64,000 nt of DNA from Eledone cirrhosa (taxonomy: Eukaryota): NCBI GenBank assembly GCA_964016885.1, contig OZ024741.1, positions 49,600,001 to 49,664,000 on the forward strand, in the 5' to 3' direction. Under the pieces are notes generated by a model. It was not told where the DNA came from and did not search any database. It was given only the letters and a program-made list of their open reading frames with translations. The translations under genes were made by a program, and so were the position numbers. Below, piece by piece: positions 1 to 11,842 of this stretch; the first letter of the stretch is position 1; every line of letters starts with the position of its first letter.

Positions 1-785
1 TAAGGAAAAAATTAGAAATAAGAGGGATCAGATGTTGTTTACTCGAGAGAAGGCTACGTTGGTAGGGTCACGTGATGCGCATGAAAGACGACAGCTGTAT
101 AACAAAGTGCAGGGCAATAAAGATAGACGGTAGCCACGGAGTAGGCAGACCCAGAAAAACATGGGACGAGCTGATAAATTCCGACCTCACACGCTTACAC
201 CTCTCCAAGACAATGTCACTGGACCGAGACCTTTGGCGGTACTCAGTAATAGAGAAGACCCGCCTTACCTAAATACAAAGTAAAAACCTACTACAGTCAG
301 TAGGCACCTCTATCAAAACACACCCCCGTCCCACCACCTCCACCCCACCCACACCGCCCCTTTCAATGTAAAGTTATGTTGGTCCCACAACATCCAGGCC
401 GAAACAAATGAGATCGTGTAGGTGTCACGACAAAAAACACACAGTCCACGCTGTAAATGTGGCCGTGTAGGCAACACGGTAAAAACCTCCCAGCCCCACA
501 CTGTAAATGTGGTTGGTGTTAGGAAGGGCATCCAGCTGTAGAAAACCCGCCAGACAGTCCACGCTGTAATGTGGCCGTGTAGGCAACACGGTAAAAACCT
601 CCCAGCCCCACACTGTAAATGTGGTTGGTGTTAGGAAGGGCATCCAACTGTAGAAAACCCGCCAGACAGTCCTATGCGAGCAAGACAACCACTCTTGCCT
701 CAAGTGGGAAAACCCCCGTCCAAACCCATGCAAGCGTGGAACACGGACGCTAAACCTGATGATGATGATGATGATGATGATGATG
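1..785 (+). mobile_element. RTE-clade LINE 3' end (subfamily B) with a ~120-bp duplication in the 3' UTR and a (GAT)n tail
   Basis: ORF end RMKDDSCITKCRAIKIDGSHGVGRPRKTWDELINSDL. Nearly identical to 27935-28593. Confidence 0.9.
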
Positions 786-839
786 TATATATGTTAGGAT
801 GAAGTTTTGTTTACATGTATTTAGATATAGATTTTGTAT

Positions 840-935
840 CATCCTGTTACGTGCGTTTCACAGATTGGTTCAGGGTAACCCATAGATGTAGTTATTGACC
901 CGAGTCCATTATCAATCTGCTCTTCAGACAATCGA
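840..935 (-). ncRNA. Type-I hammerhead ribozyme motif with long stem II
   Basis: Minus strand: TTGT-CTGAAGA(927-921)-GCAGATTG...CAATCTGT-GAAAC(859-855)-GCAC-GTA-ACAG. 8-bp stem II, 4-bp stem I and a GUA triplet. Confidence 0.7.
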
Positions 936-948
936 TCTCGCAAATCAA

Positions 949-1012
<64 letters not shown>

Positions 1013-1187
1013 AGGTATGTATCATCATCATCGTTTAACGTCCATCTTCCATGCTAGCATGGGTTACACTGTATATATATATAGGCATGTATGTATATAT
1101 ATATAGGTATGTATGTATATATATATAGGTATGTATGTATGTATATATATATAGGTATGTATGTATGTATATATATATATAGGTATG

Positions 1188-4100
1188 TCGTCATCATCAT
1201 CAACATCATCACCGTTTTACGTCCATTCTTCCACGCTAGCATGGGTTAGACGGGTTGTCCTGTTGTGTGCAGTGTCTGGTCGGCTGACCATGCCTTGCTC
1301 ATACAGGAACTGATTTGGCTTGATTTCTACAGCTGGATGCCCAATTAACACCAACCTCATTTACAGTGAGTGCTGGGTGCTTTTTCTTGGCACCTACACG
1401 TCCACTTTACAGTGTGGGCTGGGTGCTTTTTTGCCGTGGCACCTCCACAACCACCTTGCAATGGGGGGTGTGGGGGCATATTGTTTATATGCTTCAGCAT
1501 GTACCCATGGGAGGTCGGGTACTCTGTATTACTGCATGACGCCAGAGGTCACAGTCGTGTGTTATCGCCTTTGAGAGGTATAATTGGGTAAGGTCAGCTT
1601 TTATCACCTCATCCCAGGTCATCTTGGGTCTCCCACTCCGTGGTTTCCATCGACTTCTAGTGCTCAGCACCTTTTTATGCAGCTGTCATCCTTCATACGC
1701 ATCACATGTCCATACCAGCGCAACTGCCTCTCCTGCACACAGCATTTGATTCCTCTTATGCTCAGTCTCTCTCTCAATTCATTTATGCTTTGTCGTTCGC
1801 GTACATTACTATTACACATCCATCGGAGCATGCAGGCTTTGTTTCTCTCTAATATACGTAAGTCTTCCACCTTCAGCACCCAGGTCTCACTACCATGCAA
1901 CATCACTGTTCGGATACACGCATCATACAGTCTGCCTTTCATTTTGAGGGAGAAGCCTTTTGCAGCTAGCAGTGGCAGTAGTTCCCTAAACTTTTTCCAT
2001 CCCGTTCTTACCCTAGTTATTGTACTTTCTGAATACCCACCTCCGCTGCTAATTCGGTCACCTAGGTAGCAGAAGCTGTCTACTGTTTCTACTGAGACCT
2101 CCCAGAGATTGGTGGTACTTGTTTCCTGTGGCTTTTTGCTGCTTGCTGTCCCAGCACAGCTGCTGCATGTGAAGCCTACATTCTTAATTAAGCTTCCTGA
2201 GATCCCGCTACATCTCTTGTGTACCCATTGTTTGCATTTGGGGCAGAGAATGGAGTTCCTACCTACACCTTTCCTACATACTGAGCAAGGCCATTTCCCT
2301 GAGGGGATCTGGGTTCTGTTTTCTCGTCTACTTACAAGGACCTTAGTCTTTGTCATGTTGACTTTGAGACCCTTTCTTTCTAGTCCCTGCTTCCAAGTTT
2401 GGAATTTATTCTCTAGTTCTACCATAGATTCAGCTATGAGTGCCATGTCATCAGCATACAGGAGTTCCCATGGGCATCCGGTCTTAAACTCCTCTGTTAT
2501 TGCCTGCAGGACTATGATGAACAGGAGGGGGCTAAGAACAGAGCCCTGGTGGACCCCAACCTGTACGCTAAATTCCTCGCTATACTCATTGCTAATCCTA
2601 ACTTTGCTGACAGCTCCCCTATACATGGCTTGTACCGCTTTCACAAGCCATTCATCTACTCCTAGTTTTCTAAGAGCCCACCAGATTACAGCACGTGGAA
2701 CTCTGTCAAAGGCTTTCTCAAGGTCGACAAATGCCAGGTAGAGTGGCTTACTTTTAGCTAGGTACTTTTCCTGTAACTGCCTGACAAGGAAGAGGGCATC
2801 AGTGGTGCCTCTTCCTGGTACAAACCCAAATTGCATCTCGTGTAGTTTCACCCGGTTCCTAATCAACTGTGCTATAACTCTTTCTGTTACTTTCATGACC
2901 TGGTCCATCAGCTTTATACCTCTATAGTTTCCTCTATCTAGTGCATCACCTTTACCTTTGTAGCAGTTGACAATGATGCTACTGCACCAATCTTTTGGTA
3001 TGACACCTTCTAGTATTACCTGGTTAACAATACATGTGGTTATAGTGTGACCTACAGACCCAGATGCCTTCAGCATCTCGGCAGCTATACCCGATGGACC
3101 GGTTGCCTTCCCCATCTTCATATCTTTGATTGCCTTACTTACTACGTTGCTGCTGACTTGTACTGCTGGCTCCTCTATAGGGTCTACTTGGGGTAGGGTC
3201 TCTTCTTCCCATGCATTCTCCTCATTTAGTAATCTATCATAATGACTCTTCCATGCATCTTTCTTCTCAGCACTTGTGAGGGCAAGCTCACCTTTATCAT
3301 TCCGGATACACTTCTCTCCAATGACATCACAATTCTCTCTGACACACTGCCTCGCAATCTTGAACACCTCCTGTTTCTGGTCCTCACGTTGCAAAACATG
3401 CTTGAATTTTCTATCCTCTGCTTCCCTCCTAGCAAAGTATACTTGTCGCCTAGCTTCCCTCTTGGTCTCTATGTAATGTACCCTGCTCCCCCCGTTCTTC
3501 CATTCTTTCCATGCCTGTCTCTTGGCCTTAACTGCCTCATCTACCTTATTGTGCCACCACCAAGTCACTCTCCTCCTGCTTGAGGTCTTACTCCAGCCAC
3601 AGACCTCATCCGTCACCTCTAGTAAGTTCTCTTCTACATTGAATGTCTGTATCTGTTCTTCTTTACTGTCATAGGCGTTGAGTAAAATATCTTTAAATCT
3701 GTTACTGGTTGAGGGGTCTTTCAGCTTCCAGATCTTTCTTCTCCAGGTTGGCCTCTGTTTCCAGGTTCGTCTAGTTCTGACTGAGGTCGCTGACAACTAA
3801 GCTATGTTGGCATGTACATTCCTCACTAGGTAAGGCTTTTGTGTTTACGACCGTCCATCTGTCACGTCCTCTGATGAGGATAAATTCTATCTGACTAGCG
3901 TGCTCCCCTGATCTATAGGTGATCAGGTGGTTGTCGGGTTTTTTAAAGTTTGTGTTACATATCGACATGTCATTGGCGTCGCAGAATTCTAGAAGTCTGA
4001 ATCCTTCCTCATTTCTTGTGCCAACCCCATGGCCTCCATGTACTCTATTGAAGCCGTCGCAGTGTTTGCCTACGTGTCCGTTAAAATCTCCTGCGATGAT

Positions 4101-4378
4101 TAGGAAGTCATTGTCGTCTGTTAGAGCAGTAGTGTGCATTAGGGACTCGTAAAACCTATCCTTAAGTTCGTCTGGCAGCCCCAATTGGGGTGCGTAAGCT
4201 GATATTATTGTGGTAATTGTTTTATTCAGGACTAGTCTGAGTTTAATGATTCTTGCATTTACCCTGTACACTGAGATTACTTTATCTACCCACTTGTCAG
4301 CTAGTAGTATACCTACACCACCCATCCCATCGTCATTTCCCACCCAGAAAAATTTGTAGCACCGGCTTTTTCCTACAA
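1188..4378 (-). mobile_element. RTE-clade LINE (subfamily A), 5'-truncated in the endonuclease, frameshifted near 3780, premature stop at 1664
   Basis: APE motifs ([28 protein letters not shown]) at ~3800-4378. RT motifs in ORF 1664-3796 (NYRGIKL, QFGF, FVDLEKAFD, GVHQGSVLSP, YADD, YLG). RTE C-terminus, 3' UTR and (GAT)n tail. Confidence 0.95.
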
Positions 4379-4379
4379 T

Positions 4380-4564
4380 GTATGTATATATATATATATA
4401 TATATGTATGTATATATATATATAGGTATGTATGTATATATATATATATATATATATAGGTATGTATGTATATATATATAGGTATGTATATATATATATA
4501 GGTATGTATATATATATAGGTATGTATATATATATATAGGTATGTATGTATATATATATATAGG

Positions 4565-4604
<40 letters not shown>

Positions 4605-4626
4605 TATGTATATATATATATATGTG

Positions 4627-4659
<33 letters not shown>

Positions 4660-4712
4660 GTATGTGTATATATATATATATGTGTATGTATATGTATATA
4701 TATATATATGTG

Positions 4713-4747
<35 letters not shown>

Positions 4748-4853
4748 ATGTATATATATATATATATGTGTATGTATATATATATATATATAGGTATGTA
4801 TATATATATATATAGGTATGTATGTATATATATATAGGTATGTATGTATATAT
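4380..4853. repeat. Compound (TA)n/(TATG)n/AGG microsatellite
   Basis: Direct reading: units ATAGGTATGTATGT(AT)n. Confidence 0.95.
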
Positions 4854-5197
4854 GGAGGCACATAGCTTAGTGGTTAGAGCATCGGCCTTGCAATCGAAAA
4901 GTTGTGAGTTCAATTCTCAGACTGGGTGATGTGTTGTTTCCTTGAGCAAGAGACTTTATTTCACATTGCTCCAGTTTACTCAGCTGTAGAAATGAGATGA
5001 TAGGGACTGAGGTCCCTATCATTCCACTGTAAAGTAGACGAGTAGGCGCCAAGGCAAAAAACACCCAGCACTCACTGTAAATGAGGTTGGTGTTAGGAAG
5101 GGCATCCAGCAGTAGAAATCAAGCCAGAATCAGTTCCCGTCCCAACCTTGCAAGTAGGGAAAAGCGGACGTAAAATGATGATGATGATGATGATGAT
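4854..5197 (+). mobile_element. tRNA-derived CORE-type SINE with RTE-derived 3' tail
   Basis: A box (TAGCTTAGTGG), B box (GAGTTCAATTC), CORE-like TTCCTTGAGCAAG...CAGTTTACTCAGCTGTAGAAATG, tail shared with the RTE 3' UTR, (GAT)n. Confidence 0.85.
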
Positions 5198-5243
5198 ATA
5201 TATAGGTATGTATGTATATATATATATATATATAGGTATGTAT

Positions 5244-5462
5244 ATCATCATCATCGTTTAACGTCCATCTTCCACGCTTGCATGGGTTTGGATGGGAGTT
5301 TTCCCACTTGAGGCCAGAGTGGTTGTCTTGCTCGCATAGGACTGTCTGGCGGGTTTTCTACGGCTGGATGCCCTTCCTAACACCAACCACATTTACAGTG
5401 TGGAACTGGGAGGTTTTTACCGTGTTACCTACACGGCCACATTAGAGCGTGGACTGTGTGTT
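5244..5462 (-). mobile_element. RTE subfamily B 3' UTR fragment
   Basis: Reverse complement of 560-785. Confidence 0.85.
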
Positions 5463-5526
5463 ATACATACATACCTACCTATATATATATATATTTATAC
5501 ATACATACCTACCTATATATATATAC

Positions 5527-5880
5527 ATGGTGGCTGCCAACTCGTTTTCGAGTACGGCCACTACTTTATATCCATGTAGGAGAACTCCTACCGATGCGCT
5601 GAACGAGTGTGAATTTTAGTCCAGCCAGCGACTTGAAAACTCTGGTACAAACATTACACTTGTGACAATTATTGACACATAGTGCTGGGCCCTTGGTACC
5701 ATGTGATGACAAGTGCAGAGAGATCTCCAGATATAAAGCAATGCCTGTGCCGTGAAGCTTTTATAGTGAGCAAAGGCACTGCACAAAGCCAGTCCCACTC
5801 TCTTAACCAAGATGATATTTACCAAAAAGAAGAACAAGTCAACATCATTGGATACCATCAGGGTTGCAGGTGTTATATCA
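5527..5880 (-). mobile_element. Short RTE-related element (C2H2 finger plus 3' end), copy 1
   Basis: Reverse-complement match to 7903-8235, with a 22-bp indel. Confidence 0.7.
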
Positions 5881-5884
5881 AAGG

Positions 5885-5930
5885 AACGCAGTACTAGTTT
5901 CAAGCTTATTAGCTATCGTCAGCAACGTAT
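5885..5930 (-). ncRNA. Minimal type-I hammerhead ribozyme motif
   Basis: Minus strand: ACGTTG-CTGACGA(5922-5916)-T-AGCT-AATA-AGCT-T-GAAAC-TA-GTA-CTGCGT. Palindromic ACTAGT stem III. Stem I pairs at 5 of 6 positions. Confidence 0.65.
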
Positions 5931-6001
5931 ACCTTCCTGCCAGATTGTTGAACGTATAAGTTATATATATATATATATATAGGTATATATATATATATAG
6001 G

Positions 6002-6035
<34 letters not shown>

Positions 6036-6129
6036 GGTAGGTATGTATGTATATATATATATATATATATATATGTAGGTATGTATGTATATATATATAT
6101 GTATATATATATATAGGTATGTATGTATA

Positions 6130-6428
6130 TATATATGTATATAGATATAAATGAGAGGTATAGAGATTATTTTAGCAAGAAGTTAACGGTATTCTATAAC
6201 ATATATGCGACTATAACGTCAAGATGGGAAAAGTAGTTAACGAAAGATTTAGGAAAAATAACTCAAACTCATCTCAAAAGAGAATCAGGATATAAATTCA
6301 TCCACAGAATTTAGTAAAATCCAGGGAAAAATCTATAGACCTTTAACTCATGATAAAATAAAGTTTGAAACACTTATCCTTCAATTTGGAATAACATCAA
6401 ATGCTCTGTATAGTCTTAAAAGACTAAG
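6130..6428 (-). pseudogene. Possible decayed Penelope-like RT C-terminal fragment
   Basis: Broken frames give [10 protein letters not shown] ... LFYHELK ... ILWMNLYPDSLL, resembling the PLE 'RAF..F..EL..IL..N.YP' region (from memory). Same strand as, and upstream of, the 5885 hammerhead. Confidence 0.3.
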
Positions 6429-6693
6429 GTATGTATATATATAGGTATGTATGTATATATATATATATATAGGTATGTATGTATGTATATATATATAGGT
6501 ATGTATGTATATATATATATATATATATAGGTATGTATGTATATATATATATATATAGGTATGTATGTATATATATATATATATATAGGTATGTATGTAT
6601 ATATATATATATATATAGGTATGTATGTATATATATATATATATATATAGGTATGTATGTATATATATATATATATATATATAGGTATGTATG

Positions 6694-6726
<33 letters not shown>

Positions 6727-7755
6727 GTATGTATGTATATATATATATATATATATATAGGTATGTATGTATATATATATATATAGGTATGTATGTATAT
6801 ATATATATATATATAGGTATGTATATATATATATATATAGGTATGTATGTATATATATATATATAGGTATGTATGTATATATATATATATATATATATAG
6901 GTATGTATGTATATATATATAGGTATGTATGTATATATATATAGGTATGTATGTATATGTATATATATATAGGTATGTATGTATATATATATATATAGGT
7001 ATGTATGTATATATATATATATATATATATAGGTATGTATGTATATATATATATAGGTATGTATGTATATATATATAGGTATGTATGTATAGTATATATA
7101 TATATATAGGTATGTATGTATATATATATAGGTATGTATGTATAGTATATATATATATATAGGTATATATGTATATATATATATATATATATAGGTATGT
7201 ATGTATATATATATATATATATAGGTATGTATGTATATATATATATATATATAGGTATGTATGTATATATATATATATATAGGTATGTATGTATATATAT
7301 ATATATATATAGGTATGTATGTATATATATATATATATATATAGGTATGTATGTATATATATATATATATATAGGTATGTATGTATATATATATATATAT
7401 AGGTATGTATGTATATATATATATATATATATATAGGTATGTATGTATATATATATATATATATAGGTATGTATGTATATATATATATAGGTATGTATGT
7501 ATATATATATATATATATATAGGTATGTATGTATGTATATATATATATATATAGGTATGTATGTATATATATATATATATAGGTATGTATGTATGTATAT
7601 ATATATATATAGGTATGTATGTATGTATATATATATATATATAGGTATGTATGTATATATATATATATATATATATAGGTATGTATGTATGTATATATAT
7701 ATATATATAGGTATGTATGTATGTATATATATATATATATATATAGGTATGTATG

Positions 7756-7803
<48 letters not shown>

Positions 7804-7806
<3 letters not shown>

Positions 7807-8235
7807 CAAAGGAGCTCTTAAGAGTTAATGGCCATCCAAAATCACTGGGAGAGATGACCCCTTAGCCTTTGTCAAGGCAGAATTCTAGGAGAAGGAAAAC
7901 TCTGATATAACACCTGCAACCCTGATGATATCCAATGATGTTGACTTGTTCTTCTTTTTGGTAAATATCATCTTGGTTAAGAGAGTGGGACTGGCTTTGT
8001 GCAGTGCCTTTGCTCACTATAAAAGCTTCACGGCACAGGCATTGCTTTGTATCTGGAGATCTCTCTGCACTTGTCGTCACATGTGTCAATAATTGTCACA
8101 TGTGTAGTGTTTGTACCAGAGTTTTCAAGTCGCTGGCTGGACTAAAAAGTCACACTCGTTCAGCGCATTGGTAGGAGTTCTCCTACATGGATATAAAGTA
8201 GTGGCCGTACTCGAAAACGAGTTGGCAGCCACCAT
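7804..8235 (+). mobile_element. Short bipartite RTE-related non-autonomous element, copy 2
   Basis: CTAGGAGAAGGAAAACTCTGA (7885-7905) resembles RTE 5' UTRs (recalled). 8097-8174 encodes [25 protein letters not shown], a C2H2 finger like those ending many RTE ORFs. Followed by a short 3' UTR and (TA)n. Confidence 0.65.
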
Positions 8236-8388
8236 ATAGGTATGTATGTATATATATATATAGGTATGTATGTATATATATATATAGGTATGTATGTATA
8301 TATATATAGGTATGTATGTATATATATATATATATATAGGTATGTATGTATATATATATATATATATATATACATATAGGTATGTATG

Positions 8389-8424
<36 letters not shown>

Positions 8425-8486
8425 TAGGTATGTATGTATATATATATATATATGTATATGTATGTATATATATATAGGTATGTATG

Positions 8487-8530
<44 letters not shown>

Positions 8531-8630
8531 TAGGTATGTATGTATATATATGTATATGTATGTATATATATATAGGTATGTATGTATGTACATATATATA
8601 TATCTATATATATATAGGTATGTATGTATG

Positions 8631-8667
<37 letters not shown>

Positions 8668-9434
8668 GTATATATATATATGTATATATATATATATAGG
8701 TATGTATGTATATATATATATGTATGTATATATAGGTATGTATGTATATATATATATATATGTATGTATATATAGGTATGTATGTATATATATATATACG
8801 TATATATATATATATAGGTAGGTATGTATGTATGTATATATATATGTATATATATATATAGGTAGGTATGTATGTATATATATATATGTATATATATATA
8901 TGTATATATATATAGGTAGGTATGTATGTATATATATATATGTATATATATATATTGGTAGGTATGTATGTATATATATGTATATATATATAGGTATGTA
9001 TGTATATATATATATATATAGGTATAGCTTCATTTCTTGTTTGTTTTGTTATTGGCATTGTGTTTTTAGTTTCCTTTCTATTCAAATATCTAGATGTGTA
9101 AGAGTTAAAGGCTATTGTCTATGTGTTTTCTATCATTGTTATAATAACTAGTTACTTTCTGGTGTTTTATTATTACTGTCTAGCTAACTTTTATTATCAC
9201 ACACACAGTCTGTGATCTTATGTCAACACTACATTATGACACATCAACACTTTATTTCTAAGAAAAAAAATAGAGTAAATGTTTTAGTATTCTTAAGGCT
9301 TTCTTTTTCTGAAAAGTAAAGTTTGCCTAGTTTAAAATCTTTGTCTGTGGTAAACATAAGCAAAATAAATTTCAATGAAGGGAGCATTTAGTAACCACAC
9401 ACACAATTTCTCTATATTAGTATTACTACTGATA

Positions 9435-9820
9435 CAATATTATTAACCATCTTGCTAACCACATTCAGCACCTTTTTGAATTCCATGTCTAACACCCATG
9501 GACATGCTTATAAAATCAGAAAACAGCACAGATCCCATGACTTTCGGAAATATTTTTTCATGCTCAGAGTTGCTGAAGCATGGAACAAACTACCTGCATC
9601 AGTTGTCAGGTGTTGGGACACTGCATCCTTCAAAACTTCCATGCTTCCTGAGATTCACCAACACTACACGTGATATTCCCCCTCCATATACACACATGCA
9701 TGCCTGTGTGTATATATCATGACACATACACTGCTCACTTTCCTGACATTTGTGCATTATTCTATGTACTATACATGTACCTTTGATGAGTTGCAGTGCA
9801 CTTGAGCACTGTACACAATT
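9435..9820 (+). mobile_element. CR1-clade LINE 3' fragment
   Basis: GHAYKIRKQH...RKYFF.LRVAEAWNKLP C-terminal motif. Homologous to 11843-12130 (minus strand). Confidence 0.85.
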
Positions 9821-10254
9821 TTCATGCTAGCATGGAAAATGGAGGTTAAACGATGATGATGATAATATCTTGTGGTAAAAAACAATAAACTGGAAGATTT
9901 GTTGGTTACCCTAAGTTGTAAATATCTGTTCTTCCTTTTTTCTCAAAGGTGAAGTATTTAGTTAGCTTTTTCTAATGGTTAGAATATATGTGACTTGCCA
10001 CACCTGCAAACTTATATATTTTACTAACTGGAGCAGTTGTGCCAACCCATTGTCGAATTTATAGTCGATTATCTAGAAAGCCACTGGTGTTCTCAAGCCA
10101 CTGGTGTTCTATGAGCTACTGCTTAATATGGAACAAGCAGGAAATATCTGTTAGTAGAAGTAAATGATTACTTTCAGCAAATTTTCTAATCAAGAATTTG
10201 AAACATATTTCTTAATATATAATATGATTATAATATATCTTATTATAAAGGAAG

Positions 10255-10830
10255 TCAGAGGGCTTAATTAAGTGCAAGAATTGTAGGAGTTTGTGAAATA
10301 ATGTGCCAGCTTTAGCATTCAATGGTCAGAAGAAGGGAGGTAGGTGTAAAAGCCAAACTCGCTATCTTCAATTTAATATTCATGCCAACCTTTGCCTATG
10401 ATCATGAATCTTGGGTAATGAATGAAAGAATACAATTGCAAATACCAGCGACCAAAATGGGGTTCCTCCGAAGGGTCTTTAGAGTAACATTACTTGATAG
10501 AGTGCGTAGCTTGGAGATTAGTGAGTCACTCCCGGCAGAGCTGCTACTTCTCTGAATTAGAGATCATAGCTCAGATACTATGAGCATGTGGTTAGAATGT
10601 CCCAGGAAAGAATCACTGGGCTAACTTTGCAGAAAAAAACAACCGACAGGAGAACCAGGTATGGACCACGGGTAAGATGAATATCATCCATGAGCTCAGC
10701 TGGTCTTGCTTGAGGATCTAGCCACATCAGTTGGAAATTGTTGCTTCTGACAGGACCCACTGGAAGGAGTGTTTGAGGACTTGCTGTCGTGACCTTTTCA
10801 GGAATAAGTAGGCGAAGATGCAGAAGATAT
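10255..10830 (+). mobile_element. Decayed RTE (Rex3/Expander-like) 3' fragment
   Basis: AKLAIFNLIFMPTFAYDHESWVMNER...MGFLRRV...LDRVRSLEISESL. Related fragments at ~15685-16030 (+) and ~50400-50530 (-). Confidence 0.75.
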
Positions 10831-11602
10831 ATATATTATACCTGCTCCAGCAACAAGGATATATTTATCACACTTTAGTATTAAATCAAATATGTTTGTG
10901 TGAATTTGTATCATTCTTACATCACAAAAGTAGTTTTACATTTTTGATATAAATGATTCACTATGAAGCACCCATCTAGAATCAGAAAGTTGATTAAAAA
11001 ATGCAGTTTTATTCAAAAGTTAATCAGATTTAATCTCTCTTAAGGTGCTGTGTTGTGAGCTGTTTCAATTTTATCCAAGCTTATCACATTGGAGCTGTTC
11101 ATGTCCTATCTCTGCTTAATCACATAGGGCTAACCAGTTAAAAGAAAAACATGGCTGTTGTATTAAATAAATCACAAAAAGTGATATGCCAATGTGAGTT
11201 GGTGTTGTTCACATATTGAAAATTTACTTTTCCCTTTTCAAACATTTATATACATACACAGACGGACACACACGCACACCCACACCCACACAAACCCACA
11301 CACCCACCCATCCACCACCATCATCATCATCATCATTGTCCATTTTTCCTGCTAGCAAGTGAATCTTCATAGACAGTCATTACTCATGCCGTGGGCTTGC
11401 ATTTTGCTTAAACAAGATCCTGTACTCTATCAAGTTCATTTTATCATGACATCAAAATAAGGGAGGCCATTCATGTCTTTGACACACATGAAGGGTCCCC
11501 CTAACCCCTTGTTTGGTAAGCTTTCTGTTGCTGGGTGCCCTTTCTAACACCAACCACTTTACAGCAGTCACTGGAAGCTTTTATTGTGCAGATCACCTGC
11601 AC

Positions 11603-11642
<40 letters not shown>

Positions 11643-11842
11643 TTCTTCTGATGCTATTAATATATTTTCACTTAATCTTAGTCCTGTATATTTGGGGGTT
11701 CCTTATATTTATAATCCTACAAAAATTTTACATTTATGATTGTATTAATAAACAGAACTAAGGGTTGCATGCTTTAACCAAGAAAGGATACAACAGAATT
11801 GTGAAAAAAGAAAACCTTTAAAATATTAATAATAATTATTGT

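Larger units (their letters stand above)
5962..9022. repeat. Long compound (TA)n/(TATG)n/AGG microsatellite tract, interrupted at 6130-6428 and 7804-8235
   Basis: Direct reading. Source of the Y/I/H/T-rich spurious ORFs. Confidence 0.95.

Noticed and set aside
1584-2741. Plus-strand ORFs of 161 and 210 aa (and similar ones at 12782, 13297, 27218, 44689)
   Set aside because: Antisense shadows of RTE coding sequence.
5527-8235. Single DNA transposon with ~350-bp TIRs
   Set aside because: The repeated unit looks like a LINE 3' end (C2H2 finger, stop, short UTR), so two independent opposite insertions fit better. Not fully excluded.
4253-9151. Long Y/I/H/T/M-rich ORFs
   Set aside because: Translations of stop-free (TA)n/(TATG)n microsatellite.
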